The notes under the pieces were generated by a model. That model saw nothing but the letters and a program-made list of their open reading frames with translations, was not told where the DNA came from and ran no database searches. A program made the position numbers and the translations under genes. A stretch of DNA of 64,000 nt from Octopus vulgaris (taxonomy: Eukaryota), in contig OX597820.1 in NCBI GenBank assembly GCA_951406725.2, forward strand, positions 10,292,001 through 10,356,000, written 5' to 3'. Each line of letters starts with the position of its first letter. Positions within the stretch are counted from its first letter, which is position 1. Of this stretch, positions 40,480-54,579 are shown in pieces.

Positions 40480-40760
40480 GGAATTAGACAAAATGAGGCT
40501 GTGAATTGAAGCCATGGAGGTGTAAGTTCCTAAATGGAAGATGTGTTTTGTTCCGTCATTAAGGAGAAACACTCGCAAGGTTCAACGTCAAGGGCCATGT
40601 GAAGGGGTGAGAGGTGAGAGGTGGATAAGTCTTCAGAGGAAATATTATGTGGGAGACAGACTAGACTGATCTCTATGAGGCGCAGCAGTCGGAAAGCAGT
40701 TTTCTCGATGTAACGGAATTCAAAGGGGACGTTCGAGTCTGGAGACAATGTTTCTGATTT
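40480..40760 (-). pseudogene. Highly decayed PLE GIY-YIG C-terminus
   Basis: Across frames YIEKTAFRL...SSEDLS...EQN..IFHLGTY resembles 'YIGETGRRL...HS..DL...EQ..IF.LGT'. Confidence 0.4.
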
Positions 40761-41133
40761 TTAGAAAGGCAAGAATGAATGTGGAGCAAGAACAGGAGGA
40801 AGGAAGAGATTAATGTAGGACATAAAGCTGCGAGATGTGCTATGGTGAGGAGGGGCTATGGTAGGGAGGAGCTATTGTCTTTGGTGGGGTGGAGCTATGG
40901 GGTGGAAGAGCTATGGTAGGGAGGAGAGATGATGGGAAGGAGTTATGGGGGAGAGTTTGAAGGAGTGCTGCAGGTCGGTGTGATTGAAGATAATGAAGGT
41001 GGCGATGAAGAAGTTGGTGAGGCAGAGACGTCTTCAAAGTTGACAGAGTTATTAGAGACAGATGAGATAAAATAGAAGAACTTAATGAGCTGACAATAGC
41101 GATAAAAGTGTTTAGTTGTTCTCCAGAAAGAAA

Positions 41134-41164
<31 letters not shown>

Positions 41165-41182
41165 GAAAGAAAGAAAGACAAG

Positions 41183-41246
<64 letters not shown>

Positions 41247-41444
41247 ATGATGATTGAGAGAGAGAGAGAGAGAAGGGATGGTGTCGCCGATGCAGTCCTC
41301 TATGCAATAAACGAATATCTCCTGAGAATTGGACCAGTGAATTGAAAAAATAATCTATCGACCTCGCAGTTCATATCAAATGGTATGAAATAGTAATCAG
41401 CACGGTAAGTTAATTAGTGTTGCGTTATTATAAGAATTGTGAAA

Positions 41445-41760
41445 GCATGTGGCTTAGTAGTTATGTATGGCCGGCCCACAATTTTAAGATCGTGGGTTCG
41501 ATACCCGATGGCTGTTGTGTTCTTGAGCAAGACACTTCATTCCAAGTTGCTGTAATTCATTCAGCTAACAAAATGAGTATTACTTGTAATTCAAAGAGAC
41601 AGCCTTGTCACTTTTTGGGTCGCACAGAAACGCCCCTGAGAAGTAAGGTTACGCGTGACTGTGGAGCACTCAGCCACTTGTACGTTAATTACACAAGCAG
41701 GCTGTTCAGTTGATCGGATCAACTGGAACATTCGTCGTCGTAACCGACGGAGGGCCAGTT
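41445..41760 (+). mobile_element. tRNA-SINE with a second head/central domain and tail type 1
   Basis: GGTTCGATACC B-box, CTTGAGCAAGACACTT central motif, tail homologous to 22293-22470; related - copies at 27935-28240 and 53640-53920. Confidence 0.65.
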
Positions 41761-42299
41761 AAAAATAATTACAGGTCTCTGAATAGTGATGTTATATATT
41801 TCTTAATACTGTAGTACTAACGAGGTGGTGAGCTGGCAGACTTGTTAGCGCCCCGGGCAAGACGCTTAGCAGCATTTCGTATGATTACGTTCTGCGTTCA
41901 AACTCTGCCGAGACCGACTTTTAAAAAATCTTTTGCCTTTCATTGGAGTCAGTATAATCGACTTAGCCCCACTCTCACGGGAATCGCTGGCCTCGTGTCA
42001 AAATTTTAAATCAGTGTTATTTGTACTAAACTATTAAGCACACCACATACAAATATATATATATATATGTATACATGATAACTTTGCAATACGTTCAAGA
42101 GTTAATATTCCCCGTCCTCAGATCAGTTCTTTGGTTATTAGACATTTCTGGTGACATGGCATTCGTGTTTGTGGCGTGTTGCTTGTGTGTTAATTGTAAC
42201 TTTGAATTGCAGTATGAGTGGTGTCCCATTCATCAAATTTGTGTCTCTATCACTCGTTCTGTAAGGTGTAGTTGTATTATCGTTTAATATTTTCTCTAT

Positions 42300-42798
42300 C
42301 TAGCTTTAGGCTGAGTAGAGACATCAGCCTCGCTACCAAATGCAGATTGGTGAGTGCAATCATCTTCCCAAATGGCAACACATGGATGCGAGACGTGGAC
42401 ACTAAAGAAAGCTGAGCAGAAGAGAATTAATGCATTCGAGCTTTGGTGTTGGAGAAGACTTTTACGGATTCCATGGACAGCGAGGCTCTCCAATGGAGAA
42501 GTTCTTCTTAACCAGATCAGGCCGAACCTGTCGCTAGAAGCTTGGGTCACCAAGCTTAGATTGGCATATTTTGGTCATTAGGCGGAGAATATCCCTGGAG
42601 AAGGACATCATGCTCGGAATAGTCAGTGGCAAGAGGAGAAGAGGCCGAATAAGAACCCGCTGGCTTGACACCATTAAGAATGACACGGAAATGGCCATAG
42701 CCAATCTGAAAGAAGCGACCCAGGATAGAATTGGCTGGAGTACACTGATCCACAGAGTAACTGAGAGTCGACTTCGACTGAGCGGATAGATAGATAGC
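42300..42798 (+). pseudogene. BovB-like RTE LINE 3' fragment
   Basis: GCETWTLKKAEQKRINAFELWCWRRLLRIPWTARLSN...LRLAYFGH / RRISLEKDIMLGIVSGKRRRGRIRTRWLD...ESRLRLSG*, then a short (GATA)n tail; colinear with the RTE-BovB C-terminus. Confidence 0.9.
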
Positions 42799-43689
42799 TT
42801 TGTTTTGTGGTGTGCCGGGTCGCATTGTCTGTTATAATTGAATCTGATTGTAAATGAATATTGAGCCTGCGAGAGAGTGTTGTAGTTGTCTGTCTGATGC
42901 AATCGTTACATGAACCAAACAAGTGGATTCTCGTAGAATGACAATGATCACATATTTACGACCAGGAGCAGTTGTTACACAAACGGACAACACAACAGCC
43001 CACGAAACAAAAACAGGAAAAACATTAACAGATAAGACACTCGTACACTTATAGAATTCCTTACAAACAGAGGCGTTTGTTATATGAAAGCAATACCTGT
43101 ACAGTAATACGACGCTGCAATTAACACATAAAACCTATACCTGACAAAGAAAATAATTGAGTCACTGATAGCGTATAACGTGAAAAGCTAAAATGACGAA
43201 TTCGATGACAATAGACTCTAAGTCTGATGATATGAAACTCTAACACACTGGCTGCAATGCATAATATTATATGTATTGACCGTCAACATGAAACATGCAG
43301 GCCTAGAGGATCATATAAAATTTCCTTTTGAACATTTTCTGCATTCACACCTATTTCTTTACTACCCACACGGGGTTAAACACAGAGAGGGCAAACAAGA
43401 ACAGACAAACGGATTAAGTCGATTATATCGACTCCAGTGCTTATTTTATCGACTGGTACTTATTTAGTCGACCCCGAAAGGATGAAAGGCAAAGTTGACC
43501 TTATTTCACCTTAAACCTCTAACTAGTTTATTTCTATGATTATGAATAAGAGAAACGTTTGTATCTATCAACGTCGCATTATTCAGATAAGATTGTTAAA
43601 AAAAACTTTATACCACACAAAATTTCGCTAAAACAGTTATGACTACAATTAATAACAACACTACCGATAAAAACGCAACTACAGCACCA

Positions 43690-43900
43690 GGAAGTTATCT
43701 TAGAAGACGTCAATACTCTTCTGATTTTACTTGGACTTTATATCTAAATCAAGATCTACTTCAATGCTATGAAACTTCCTTGAAGACCCTTCTATCGGAT
43801 ACATGAAACAATAAAAAAAATATTGGGACGTAGCTCACCCCATTCAAGCACTTTTATTAATTATGGGCAACTACTTCGAAACACCCAACTTTATCCAGAT
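43690..43900 (+). pseudogene. Possible R4/NeSL-type N-terminal (Myb-like) remnant
   Basis: RRRQYSSDFTWTLYLNQDL..CYE...PSIGYMK..KKYWD resembles 'WT...N..L..CY..S...GY.KRM...W'. Confidence 0.3.
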
Positions 43901-43989
43901 TATATAAGATACGGTTTTCAGAAAAAGAAACCAACCAACAAACTCGCACATTACGAACATAATCTGTAAGTCTGGTCCTTGGGGTGATG

Positions 43990-44204
43990 GGTGGGGGGTC
44001 CGTATAAGATTTTGTTGTTAATGTCTATGTGGAATAAATGGGTTATATTTCTTCAAAGTACAATAATTTTTTTATACAATTCTTGATAATTTTTAATTAT
44101 GAAAATATAATAGAATTTAAAAAACCCTAATTGGCTCTGGGAGTCCAAGCAACTAAGACAGGAATGAAAGGGGTCCATAGGTGAAAGATGGTTGGGAGAC
44201 CCTG
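43990..44204. mobile_element. hAT-type MITE remnant
   Basis: Ends GGGGTCCATAGG...GGTTGGGAGACCCTG, a Charlie/hAT-like terminus. Confidence 0.4.
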
Positions 44205-45504
44205 GTTTAAATTGATATGAGAAATAAGGATTGAAATAAATCGAGAAAGAAAAACCCTTGAATTTGTCTGACAACCCAACATCTAATATATAAGTCTGGG
44301 TCCAAATTCCGTCGAGGTCGACTTTGCCGTTCATTCTCTCGAAGACGATAAAATAAGTAGCAGCACTGTGGGTGGTTATAAGCGTCTTATCTCCTCCCCC
44401 GAATTTGCTGGCCTTGTGCACACATTTGAAACCAATATATAATATATGTATAACTATGTGTGTGTGTGTTTGGTGTAGGTTCCACTGAGCTTTAGAATCA
44501 GGTCAGATTTAATGGAGTGAAACTACAACCGAAGGTCTTCAGTCAAGGTCTCAACAGATATTTGTTGAGACAATGTAAATTTAGATCGGCACAATTCACT
44601 GCTTCTATCTCTTAAGAGAGAAGGATGTGTTTTTAATGTAAAGCTTGTTATTTTTAGCAGATCAAGAATCTCCGCAGAACTCCCTTCAATTGGCTCCTGC
44701 AAATGTTATTTATTAACAGAGATGTTAACATACAGCATGCAAAAAATATATATACTATCTTAAGCCTGCATGAGTAAATGTGCATGGAAGAAGATAAATA
44801 TAGATGTGTACACACTGCCAGAAATAGAGAATATATCCTCACAAATATATGATTACTATTCAAATGTCATAGAGAAACATCAGCAAAGATATGCGTTTGA
44901 TGTGAGGAGAATAAATATATCAATAAGCATGGATGCACAAACATCCACTCGCATAGAAATATATACATATGTATTGGCGTACACACTCCCCCATCGATGT
45001 ATGTGTAACTCCAATGTTATTTATAGTTAAACAATATAAGCACTAAATATGCGAGTGCGTATGAATTCATATATACATGTACACGAACAACAGATTGTGT
45101 TATTCTTCTATATGTGTTTATTTAGATATTTCCTTGCGGCGCGTGTCCTTTCTGTCTTTGTTATTTATTGTTCGCAAAAGGTTTCGCAACACTGAAGGAA
45201 TACACATTCGCCATAATATTACATTTGATCTTACATTCCAATCTTATTATATCTCTTTATTCTATGAAGTATTTATGAACTTCCTGATTCCCACTACACG
45301 CATTCTCTTACGTATAAATTTATCATCATCGTCATCATCATCAACAACAACAACAGCATTATTCATTTTTTATTATCTTTTAGTGATTCTGTTGTTGCTC
45401 TTTCCTTATAGAGCCCGGATCCAATCCGTGATCCTTGGAATGCTAAAGGAATGGTTTTTACTGTTTAATGAAGAGCACCATTCTATGTGGGCTGTTCCCA
45501 GGAA

Positions 45505-45633
45505 GTGGATTCTTCTTTATCTTCTTCTTCTTCTTCTTCTTCTTCTCCTCCTCTTCTTCTCCTTCTTCTTCTTCTTCTTCTTCCTTCTTCTTCTTCTTCT
45601 TCTTCTTCTTCCTCCTCCTCTTCTTCTCCTTCT

Positions 45634-45665
<32 letters not shown>

Positions 45666-45910
45666 TTCTTCTTCTTCTTCGTCTCGTCGTCCTCCTCCTC
45701 CTCCTTCTTCTTCTTCCTCCTCCTCTTCTTCTCCTTCTTCTCCTTCTTCTTCTTCTTCCTCCTCCTCCTCCTCCTCCTCTTCTTCTTCTTCCTCCTCCTC
45801 CTCCTCCTCTTCTTCTTCCTCCTCCTCCTCCTCCTCCTCTTCTTCTTCTTCTTCTTCTTCTTCTTCTTCTTCTTCTTCTTCTTCTTCTTCTTCTTCTCAT
45901 TATTATTATT
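45505..45910. repeat. (CTT/CCT)n microsatellite
   Basis: Directly visible. Confidence 0.95.
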
Positions 45911-45915
45911 GGTAA

Positions 45916-46520
45916 GGCGGCAAGCTGGCAGAAACGTTAGCACGCCGGGCGAAATGCTTTGCGGTTCAAATTCCGCCGAGGCCGACTTTGCCTTTCATCC
46001 TTTCGGGGTCGATTAAATAAGTACCAGTTACGCACTGGGGTCGATATAACCGACTTAATCCGTTTGTCTGTCCTTGTTTGTCCTCTCTGTGTTTAGCCCC
46101 TTGTGGGTAGCAAAGAAATAGGTATTTCGCCCGTCGCTATGTTCTGAGTTCAAATTCAACCGAGGTCGACTTTGCCTTTCAACCGTTCGTGGTCGATAAA
46201 TGAAGTACCAGTTGAGAACTGGTGTCGATGTGATCGTCTGTCTCCCTTCCCCAAAATGTCGGGCCTAGTGTCTAAAGTAGAAAAGAATAATTAGCACGCT
46301 GGACGAAATGCTGAGCGGTATTTCGCCCGTCGCTATGTTCTGCGTTCAAATTCCACCGAGGTCGACTTTGCCTTTCAACCATTCGGGGTCGATAAATGAA
46401 ATACCTGTTGAGCACTGGGCTCGATGTAATTGACTTGTCCCCTCCCCACAAATTTCGGGCCTTGTGCCCAGAGCAAAAAAGAATCGACTTACCCCTCCAT
46501 ATAGAAATTTCAGGCCTTTT
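45916..46520 (+). mobile_element. SINE family B tandem multimer
   Basis: Three consecutive units. Confidence 0.85.
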
Positions 46521-47226
46521 AAATTCGTTTAAGGTTTCGATGTAGATAGTTCTATCTTTATTTGTCGGCGATATTTTTGTGTAGGAGCCATTGCGGTATC
46601 TACATACATTAGGGTGGCACAAAAGCAATACCATGTTTTGAAAAAAACATTGATTAACTGAGATCACCAATGAAATTAGAAGATGAAACCTATCGTTAAA
46701 TTTGCTTGAAACCCGCTAAAGATAAGGTACGTAGACAAATGGTTAGGATGTACTCAAGATGGGAAGATTGCAGTTTCAATTTCTGGACCTGGTGGTGCGT
46801 TGTGTTGAAACACTTAATGTCGCCATGCTTCTGTTCACACTTAAACACACACACACACACACACAAACATGTCCTTTTACTTGTTTCAGTCATTTGACGT
46901 CGACCATGCTGGAGCAGCGCCTTTTAGTCAAGCCCAGGACTTATTCTTTGTAAGCCTAGTACGTATTCTATCGGTCTCTTTTGCTGAACCACTAAGTTAC
47001 GGGGACCTAAATACACCAGCACCGGTTGTCAAGCGATGGTGGTGGTGGTGGTGGGTAGGGGGGATAAACACAGACACACAAACACATACATACACAAGCG
47101 CTATATATATATATCATTTATAAAAATATGTGACATATGAATAAAAATCTGTAATATAAAACCATCCAGATTTCTGAGTATCATATTTCTTCTAATATAT
47201 AACACCTGTACATCACCTCAAAACCT

Positions 47227-47267
<41 letters not shown>

Positions 47268-47273
<6 letters not shown>

Positions 47274-47440
47274 ATCCAAACAAGAAAACACAAACAAACA
47301 CAACAACGCGAGGACGTGGAACAAATAAAGTATTATTATTGGACGCTCAGGAAAGAAGGGATGAAGGAGGGTTTAACGTTTCGAGCGGAGCTCTTCGTTG
47401 GAAACATAGAAGAAGGAAAGATCCCGAGAAGGGAAGACAG
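47268..47440 (-). repeat. pLTR-like repeat (same family as 27730-27935) with a mutated hammerhead at 47371-47405
   Basis: Minus strand GUUU-CCAACGA-A-GAGC(ucc)GCUC-GAAAC-GUU-AAAC; abuts (TA)n. Confidence 0.6.
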
Positions 47441-48247
47441 AGGCTATAGTGGAAGACACTTGCCCAAAGTGCCACTTATTGGGGCTGAACCTGGATCTAT
47501 GTGGTTGGTAAGCAAGCTACATACCACACAGCCACTCCTGCACCTATATGTACATATATGTTCACACACGCATACGCATGCACACAGACACTCACAGACG
47601 CATGTATGTATATATATTTTCAGCTATTGATAAATTATTTAATTACACGAAATCACACTAAATACACGGTGTCTATTTATAGAAATATATTCATCAGAGC
47701 ATATTTCTTTTCTAGAAATTATTAATTGTTTCATTAATTTTCGATAAAAATAAAATAAAACGAATTAAAATAAAATCCTCAAAAACACACCTATGCAATT
47801 ATTATTACTGTTCTGTTTAAACAGAAAATATTTTCCATTCGTCGACGAAAATATACAATTTTAATGGCGTGCGCCAACCAGCGGTACGCACCTTCCAGAA
47901 GTGAGAAGAGAAATGATGCGTCAGATCGGTTTCTAGGTAAAAATCAATCAGATATCACAGGATTAAAAATAACTGGAGTGTTTATTATATTATTTCCGCC
48001 AGAGAGAAAAGTAAAATTAATAAATAAAAAAAATAAGTAAAAAAAATGGGCATTCATTCATGAAAATGCAAAGGAAAAATCAATAAGAAGCTAAATAAGC
48101 TGAATTTCAAATGAAACCCAAAAATTAATAAGAAATCAAATAACTGTATTATTTGATTGTATTTTCAGATTTGTATGTGCGCACGCGCACGTGAATAAAT
48201 GGTGTGTATGTGTGTTTGCGTGTGTTTGTGTGTGCGTGTGTGTATAT

Positions 48248-48815
48248 ATTTCTTTACTACCCACAAGGGGCTAAACATAGTGGGAACGAACAAGGACAGA
48301 CAAAGGGATTAAGTCGATTACATTGACACAAGTGCGAAACTGGTACTTTATTTATAAATCGCCCTGGCGGAATTCGAACTTAGAACGTAACGACAGACGA
48401 AATACCTATTTCTTTATTACCCACAAGAGTCTAAACACAGAGAAGACACACAAGGACAGACAAAGGGATTAAGTCGATTACATCGACCCCAGTGTGTAAC
48501 TGGTACTTTATTTATCGACCCCGAAAGAATGGAAGGCAAAATCGCCCTGGCGGAATTCGAACTTAGAACGTAACGACAGACGAAATACCTATTTCTTTAC
48601 TACCCACAAGGGGCTAAACACAGAGAAGACAAACAAAGACAGACAGACGGATGAAATCGATTACATCAACCCCAGTGCGTAACTGGTACTTATTTAATCG
48701 ACGCCGAAAGGATGAAAGGCAAAGTCGACCTCGGCGGAATTTGAACTCAGAACATAAAGACAGACGAAATACCGCTAAGCATTTCGCCCGACGTGCTAAT
48801 GTTTCTGCCAGCTCG
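48248..48815 (-). mobile_element. SINE family B tandem trimer
   Basis: Units joined at GAAATACCTATTTCTTTA. Confidence 0.85.
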
Positions 48816-49475
48816 GAGACTTTTGCAACTAATATAATCGGAACGACAATGTGTTTTCGAAAATAGTATAATACGTACTTCAATGACCATGTTCTGAAAT
48901 AAAAAGTCACAGTGATTATATTTGGAATATAAATAGCTGTTATGTATTGAGGGTTATTTAATCAACCATTGCGTATCACTACGTCTACGCAGTCGTATGT
49001 TTTACCGAAGTGATAAAGTCATTATTAATTCAAGCACTAATGGGGACAGAAGCGTATATATTTCATTTTAAGGTCTTACGTCGAATTACATTACGGTTAA
49101 CCGAACAGAATGGATAACACGAAAAGAAGAGTGGGAGGTGCGGAGAGTGATATATCTACATCAGGTTTTGGTTAAATCATCTTTAATAGATCTTAAACAA
49201 AATGTAACAAAGCATGAAAAGAAGGAAATAATCATAAAACGGAGAAAATTGGAAGAGAAATAATAGATGGCGATGGCAACAATAATAAAAATAGAAAGCA
49301 ATATATATGTTTCAATTTATTTCTGTCCTTTTAGGATACTAGTGTGGTTTCACAGTTTCTACAAAACCGGGAATAATATTAAGGTATTTAAACACACACA
49401 GACACAGACAGGCAGGCAGACACACAAACACAGATGTATGTGTATATATTATATATCTTGTCCCATCTTTTTTAT

Positions 49476-49525
<50 letters not shown>

Positions 49526-49712
49526 AATAGTAAAAAGTGAAAAAACTACAGAAGGCTTGATTGCGGCCATGCTGGGACACAGCCTTTAGTCGAGCAAATC
49601 GACCCAGAACCTATTCTTTGTAAGCCTAGAACTTATTCAAACGGTCTGTTTTGCCGAACCACTCATCAGCACAAACATATGCATGTATACACACACACAC
49701 ATATATATATAC

Positions 49713-49795
<83 letters not shown>

Positions 49796-49839
49796 ATCCA
49801 AAAACCCCAAAAAGAAGAACAAACACAAAAGCACGACAA

Positions 49840-50072
49840 GGCGGCGAGCTGGCAGAAACGTTAGCGTGCCGGGCGAAATGCTTAGCGGTAGTTCGGCTGG
49901 CGCATCGTTGTGAGTTCAAATTCCGCTGAGGTCGACTTTGCCTTTCCTCCTTTCGGGGTCGATAAATTAAGTACCAGTTACGCACTGGGGTTGATGTAAT
50001 CGACTTAATACCTATGTCTGTCCTTGTTTGTCCCCTCTGTGTTTAGCCCCTTGTGGGTAATAAAGAAATAGG
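49840..50072 (+). mobile_element. SINE family B
   Basis: Full-length homology. Confidence 0.85.
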
Positions 50073-50113
50073 TACATGTAATGTGTTAGCAGACTCACAG
50101 TGAAGGAAAGATG

Positions 50114-50149
50114 GTTTAATGTTTCGAGCAGATGCTCTTCTTCGGAAAC
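50114..50149 (-). ncRNA. Hammerhead variant (CCGAAGA core)
   Basis: GUUU-CCGAAGA-A-GAGC(aucu)GCUC-GAAAC-AUU-AAAC. Confidence 0.5.
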
Positions 50150-50719
50150 AGAGGAAAATCTAATAGAAGGGAAGACGGAGGAAGATAATCGCCGATGGCC
50201 TCTCACACAATTTTCGTATACCAAATCCACTCACAAGGCATTGGCCGGCCAGTAGCTACAGTAGAATATACTTGCCCAAAATGTGCCACTCAGTGGGACT
50301 AAAGTCGAAATCATAGTTTCAAGCGAGTTTCTAAACCACAGAGCTATGCCTAGCCTACGTCTACCTGGCCTACGCCTGCGCCAAATTTCATTTATAAGAT
50401 TTGGTTGACAGGAAGCAATAGGAGAATACATTCGCTTATGATGCTGCCCTGTGAAAATAAACACGAGATCAAGCAACTGCGAAACGAGCGTGCTAACCAC
50501 ACAGCTTTCCTTCTGGCCAATGGACTTCATAGACTGAAAAACCTGCTGTCATAGATTTGAGGTCGTATTTTATGTTTATAGCTTCAATTGCAGGGTTTTT
50601 TTCTCTTTATATTGTTAAAATCAGAGCAGTAAGAATAACGGTGTTAATAGCGAAGATATGAACATGTAGAAAAAGCATACTAACCATAATTGAATGTATT
50701 TTAGTTTTATTCTCTAGAT

Positions 50720-51020
50720 TTAGGCTAGATGATACCCGAGGGTATTATTTAAAAAAATATGAAAAACATGCAGAAACTGAAGGAAAATATGTAAGAAGAA
50801 TGAAACTCGTATAAACAAGAGGATCAAGAAAACATCACTAACTTCAACAAGCGTAATGGAATATTTTCCTCCGTAGACAGATTGGCGTGAAGTTACCCGT
50901 GACTGTAGGATTTGCTAAGCTGAAGCGCCGACAGTAATAATCCATCACTTTCGCGTGTTGCTTGCTGCAAAATTTCCATTTTGTTTTCAGATGGGAGAAA
51001 TAAGCATGATTCTTTCTCTC
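50720..51020 (+). pseudogene. Possible piggyBac transposase C-terminal remnant
   Basis: FRL... then MEYFPP...TRDCRIC..KRR...ITF.C..C resembles the piggyBac cysteine-rich domain; contains stops. Confidence 0.3.
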
Positions 51021-51271
51021 AGCAAGTAATTGAAGACATCGGTAATTCGCTCTCTGATTTATTCAGTTTACTTCACAGTACTGTATATATAAAAAAAAAA
51101 GACTATGTAAGACAAATAAAAAAGGGAAAGTAGGAAAAAGAAAAAAGATAACAATCCAGAAGCAGAGACTTGCATAAATCTTCCGGAAAAAAAGAGAACG
51201 AGGGATTATGAAGATAGAAAAAAGCATAACAGCTAAAGAATAAAAAATGCACCAAACATGACGAAATGTAT

Positions 51272-51856
<585 letters not shown>

Positions 51857-53039
51857 CATACATATATACACTTCATACACGCACACACACACAAATATAT
51901 ATGTTCATGTATGACCTGTCAATTTCTTTCTAAAACTCTAGAAAATCCTCGAGTATTAGGAACGTTTGCTTATTAAAATGTATCTTTTAGGTGAGTGGCA
52001 TGTCTGCAAATAACATTTTATGTTTCTTTGCATCTTCTTTCGTCACTCTTCTTCTTCTTCTTCTTCTTCTTCTTCTTCTTCTTCTTCTTCTTCTTCTTCT
52101 TCTTCTTCTTCTTCTTCTTCTTCTTCTTTTTTTTTCTATCTTGCAACAACGCTAGATATCTTAAATTCAAAGTGATTTTCTGCATATAAAGTTGCACGTT
52201 AGAAGCTTTAGGTTAATGCAGCGTTCAGAATTCCATTGAAAGTTCACCAAGTAGAAACTCCAAACCATGGAATTTCTGTTCAAATTCCACAAATGTTGAT
52301 TTTATTTCTTGCATGATTTTTCTAATCTAATTATAGAATAAACGGTTTAGTAGTTATTATTGATTTTCCTGTGACTCAAAACACTGGTGTACTAAGTTAG
52401 CTTTCATTTGTATTATTGGCAATCACCGTTAGCATCTATGAAATATAATTCCGAAATGACAATTTCTGATCTTTGTGGTTTTCATCGCTGTTTACAATTT
52501 TGCTCCAATTGTTTTCAAATTTGGTAACTGGATTAAGTTTTGTTTACTAATTACAAAAATGAAATTCATTTTTCTTATAAATCCATAGTTAAAACGTTAT
52601 TAGTCTTTAATATTTGCAAAGTTCTGGTATTTTAGCCAATCAAAAGTGAGTATTTTACGTATCACCGTGGCGAAAATTTTTATTTCCATTGTAACCAAAG
52701 CCAAGAAGCACCACGTATTGCATAGCTGATTGAAAAGAAATGCTTCCATAGTAACCAAAGGTGTTTCGCATGCGCAGAAAGAGGAGAAGGAGGTACGAGA
52801 AAATTTATTTTATAAAATCCTAGCTTAATGTATTGACATGCCGATGCCCCCCTACTTTTCTCTGATGATGGAAGAGACAGCGAACGTGCTGCTTTCTGAT
52901 TGGCTGAAAATTCTGATCATTATCAAAATGTGAATACCTGTAACATTTTCGCAAAATTCTTCTAGAATAAATGAACAACAAATTCGGATTCAGCGTCAAA
53001 AGTTACATCTACATGGTGCATAAAAGAAATTTTTTAACA

Positions 53040-53198
53040 GGACTGGCTGGGTGGTGAGCAACTTCCTTACGAATCACATAGTTCCGGGTTCAGTCCCACT
53101 GCGTGGCACCTTTGGCAAGTGTCTTCTACTATAGCCTCGGGTCGACCAAATCCTTGTGAGTGGATTTGGTAGACGGAAACTGAAAGAAGCCCGTCGTA

Positions 53199-53240
<42 letters not shown>

Positions 53241-53262
53241 TATGTGTATATGTGTATGTGTA

Positions 53263-53298
<36 letters not shown>

Positions 53299-53515
53299 TG
53301 TGTGTATATGTGTATGTGTCTGTGTTTGTCTCACCAACATCGCTTGACAACCGATGCTGGTGTGTTTACATCCCCATAATTTAGCGGTTCGGCAAAAGAG
53401 ACCAATAGAATAAGTACTAGGCTTACAGACAATAAATCCTGTGGTCGATTTGCTCCACTAAAGTCGGTGCTCCAGCATGGCCACAGTCAAATGACTGAAA
53501 CAAATAAAAGAGTAA
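53040..53515 (+). mobile_element. SINE family A
   Basis: Full-length homology. Confidence 0.85.
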
Positions 53516-54096
53516 AGGAGTGACAAAAACCACGAATATCCATAAATTCTTTCTGGGTTGCTTGCTGTAATTGTAGTATTTGCTTTTTAACCCCGGGTTT
53601 TTAACTTGGCTCTCCATGTGTCTCGACCACTAGGGTATCACTTGTTCCTATCAACGGAACAGCTTGCTCATAAGATTAACGTGCAAGTGACTGGGCACAA
53701 CTCCACTGACACGTCTACACTTAACGTAGTTTTAAGGAAAATTCAGCGTGACACGGAATGTGACAAGGCTGGCCTTTTGAAATACTGCTACGACTCATTT
53801 TGGCCAGCTGAGAGAACTGAAGCAACGTGAAATGAGGTATCTTGCCCAAGGACTCAAAGCGCCGGCGGGAATCGAACTCACGACCTTGCGATCGAGAGCC
53901 GAATGCGTTAACCACTAAGCGATACGTCTTCCCTTTAGTCGAACAAATCGACCCCCAGGACTTATTCTTTGTAAGCCTAGCACTTAGTCTATCGATCTCT
54001 TTTTGCCGAACCGCTGGTAACGGGGACGTAAACACACCAACATCGGTTGTCAAGCGATGGTGTGGGGACAGTCACACACAAACATATATACATGCA

Positions 54097-54179
<83 letters not shown>

Positions 54180-54183
<4 letters not shown>

Positions 54184-54400
54184 CTTTACTACCCACAAGG
54201 GGCTAAACACAGAGGAGACAAACAAGGACAGACAATCGGATTAGGTCGATTACATCGACTCCAGTGCGTAACTGGTACTTAATTTATCGACCCCGGAAGG
54301 ATGAAAGGCAAAGTCGACCTCGGCGGAATTTGAACTCGGAACGTAACGGCAGACGAAATACGGCAACGCATTTCGCCCGGCGTGCTAACGTTTCTGCCGG
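54180..54400 (-). mobile_element. SINE family B nested in a - strand SINE A (53930-54500)
   Basis: Family A tail lies to the left and the family A body resumes at 54405. Confidence 0.8.
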
Positions 54401-54515
54401 GCATCTTTCAGTTTCCGTCTACCAAATCCACTCACAAGGCTTTGGTCGGCCCGAGGCTATAGTAGAAGCTACTTACAACACAGGAACTCCTGCGCCTATA
54501 TTTATCTATCTATCT

Positions 54516-54579
<64 letters not shown>

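Noticed and set aside
45077-46016. 287-aa and overlapping ORFs
   Set aside because: (CTT/CCT)n repeat plus SINE sequence.
47864-47940. ATG...CTAG|gtaaaa possible first exon (MACANQRYAPSRSEKRNDASDRFL)
   Set aside because: Short, weak donor, no homology or promoter support.
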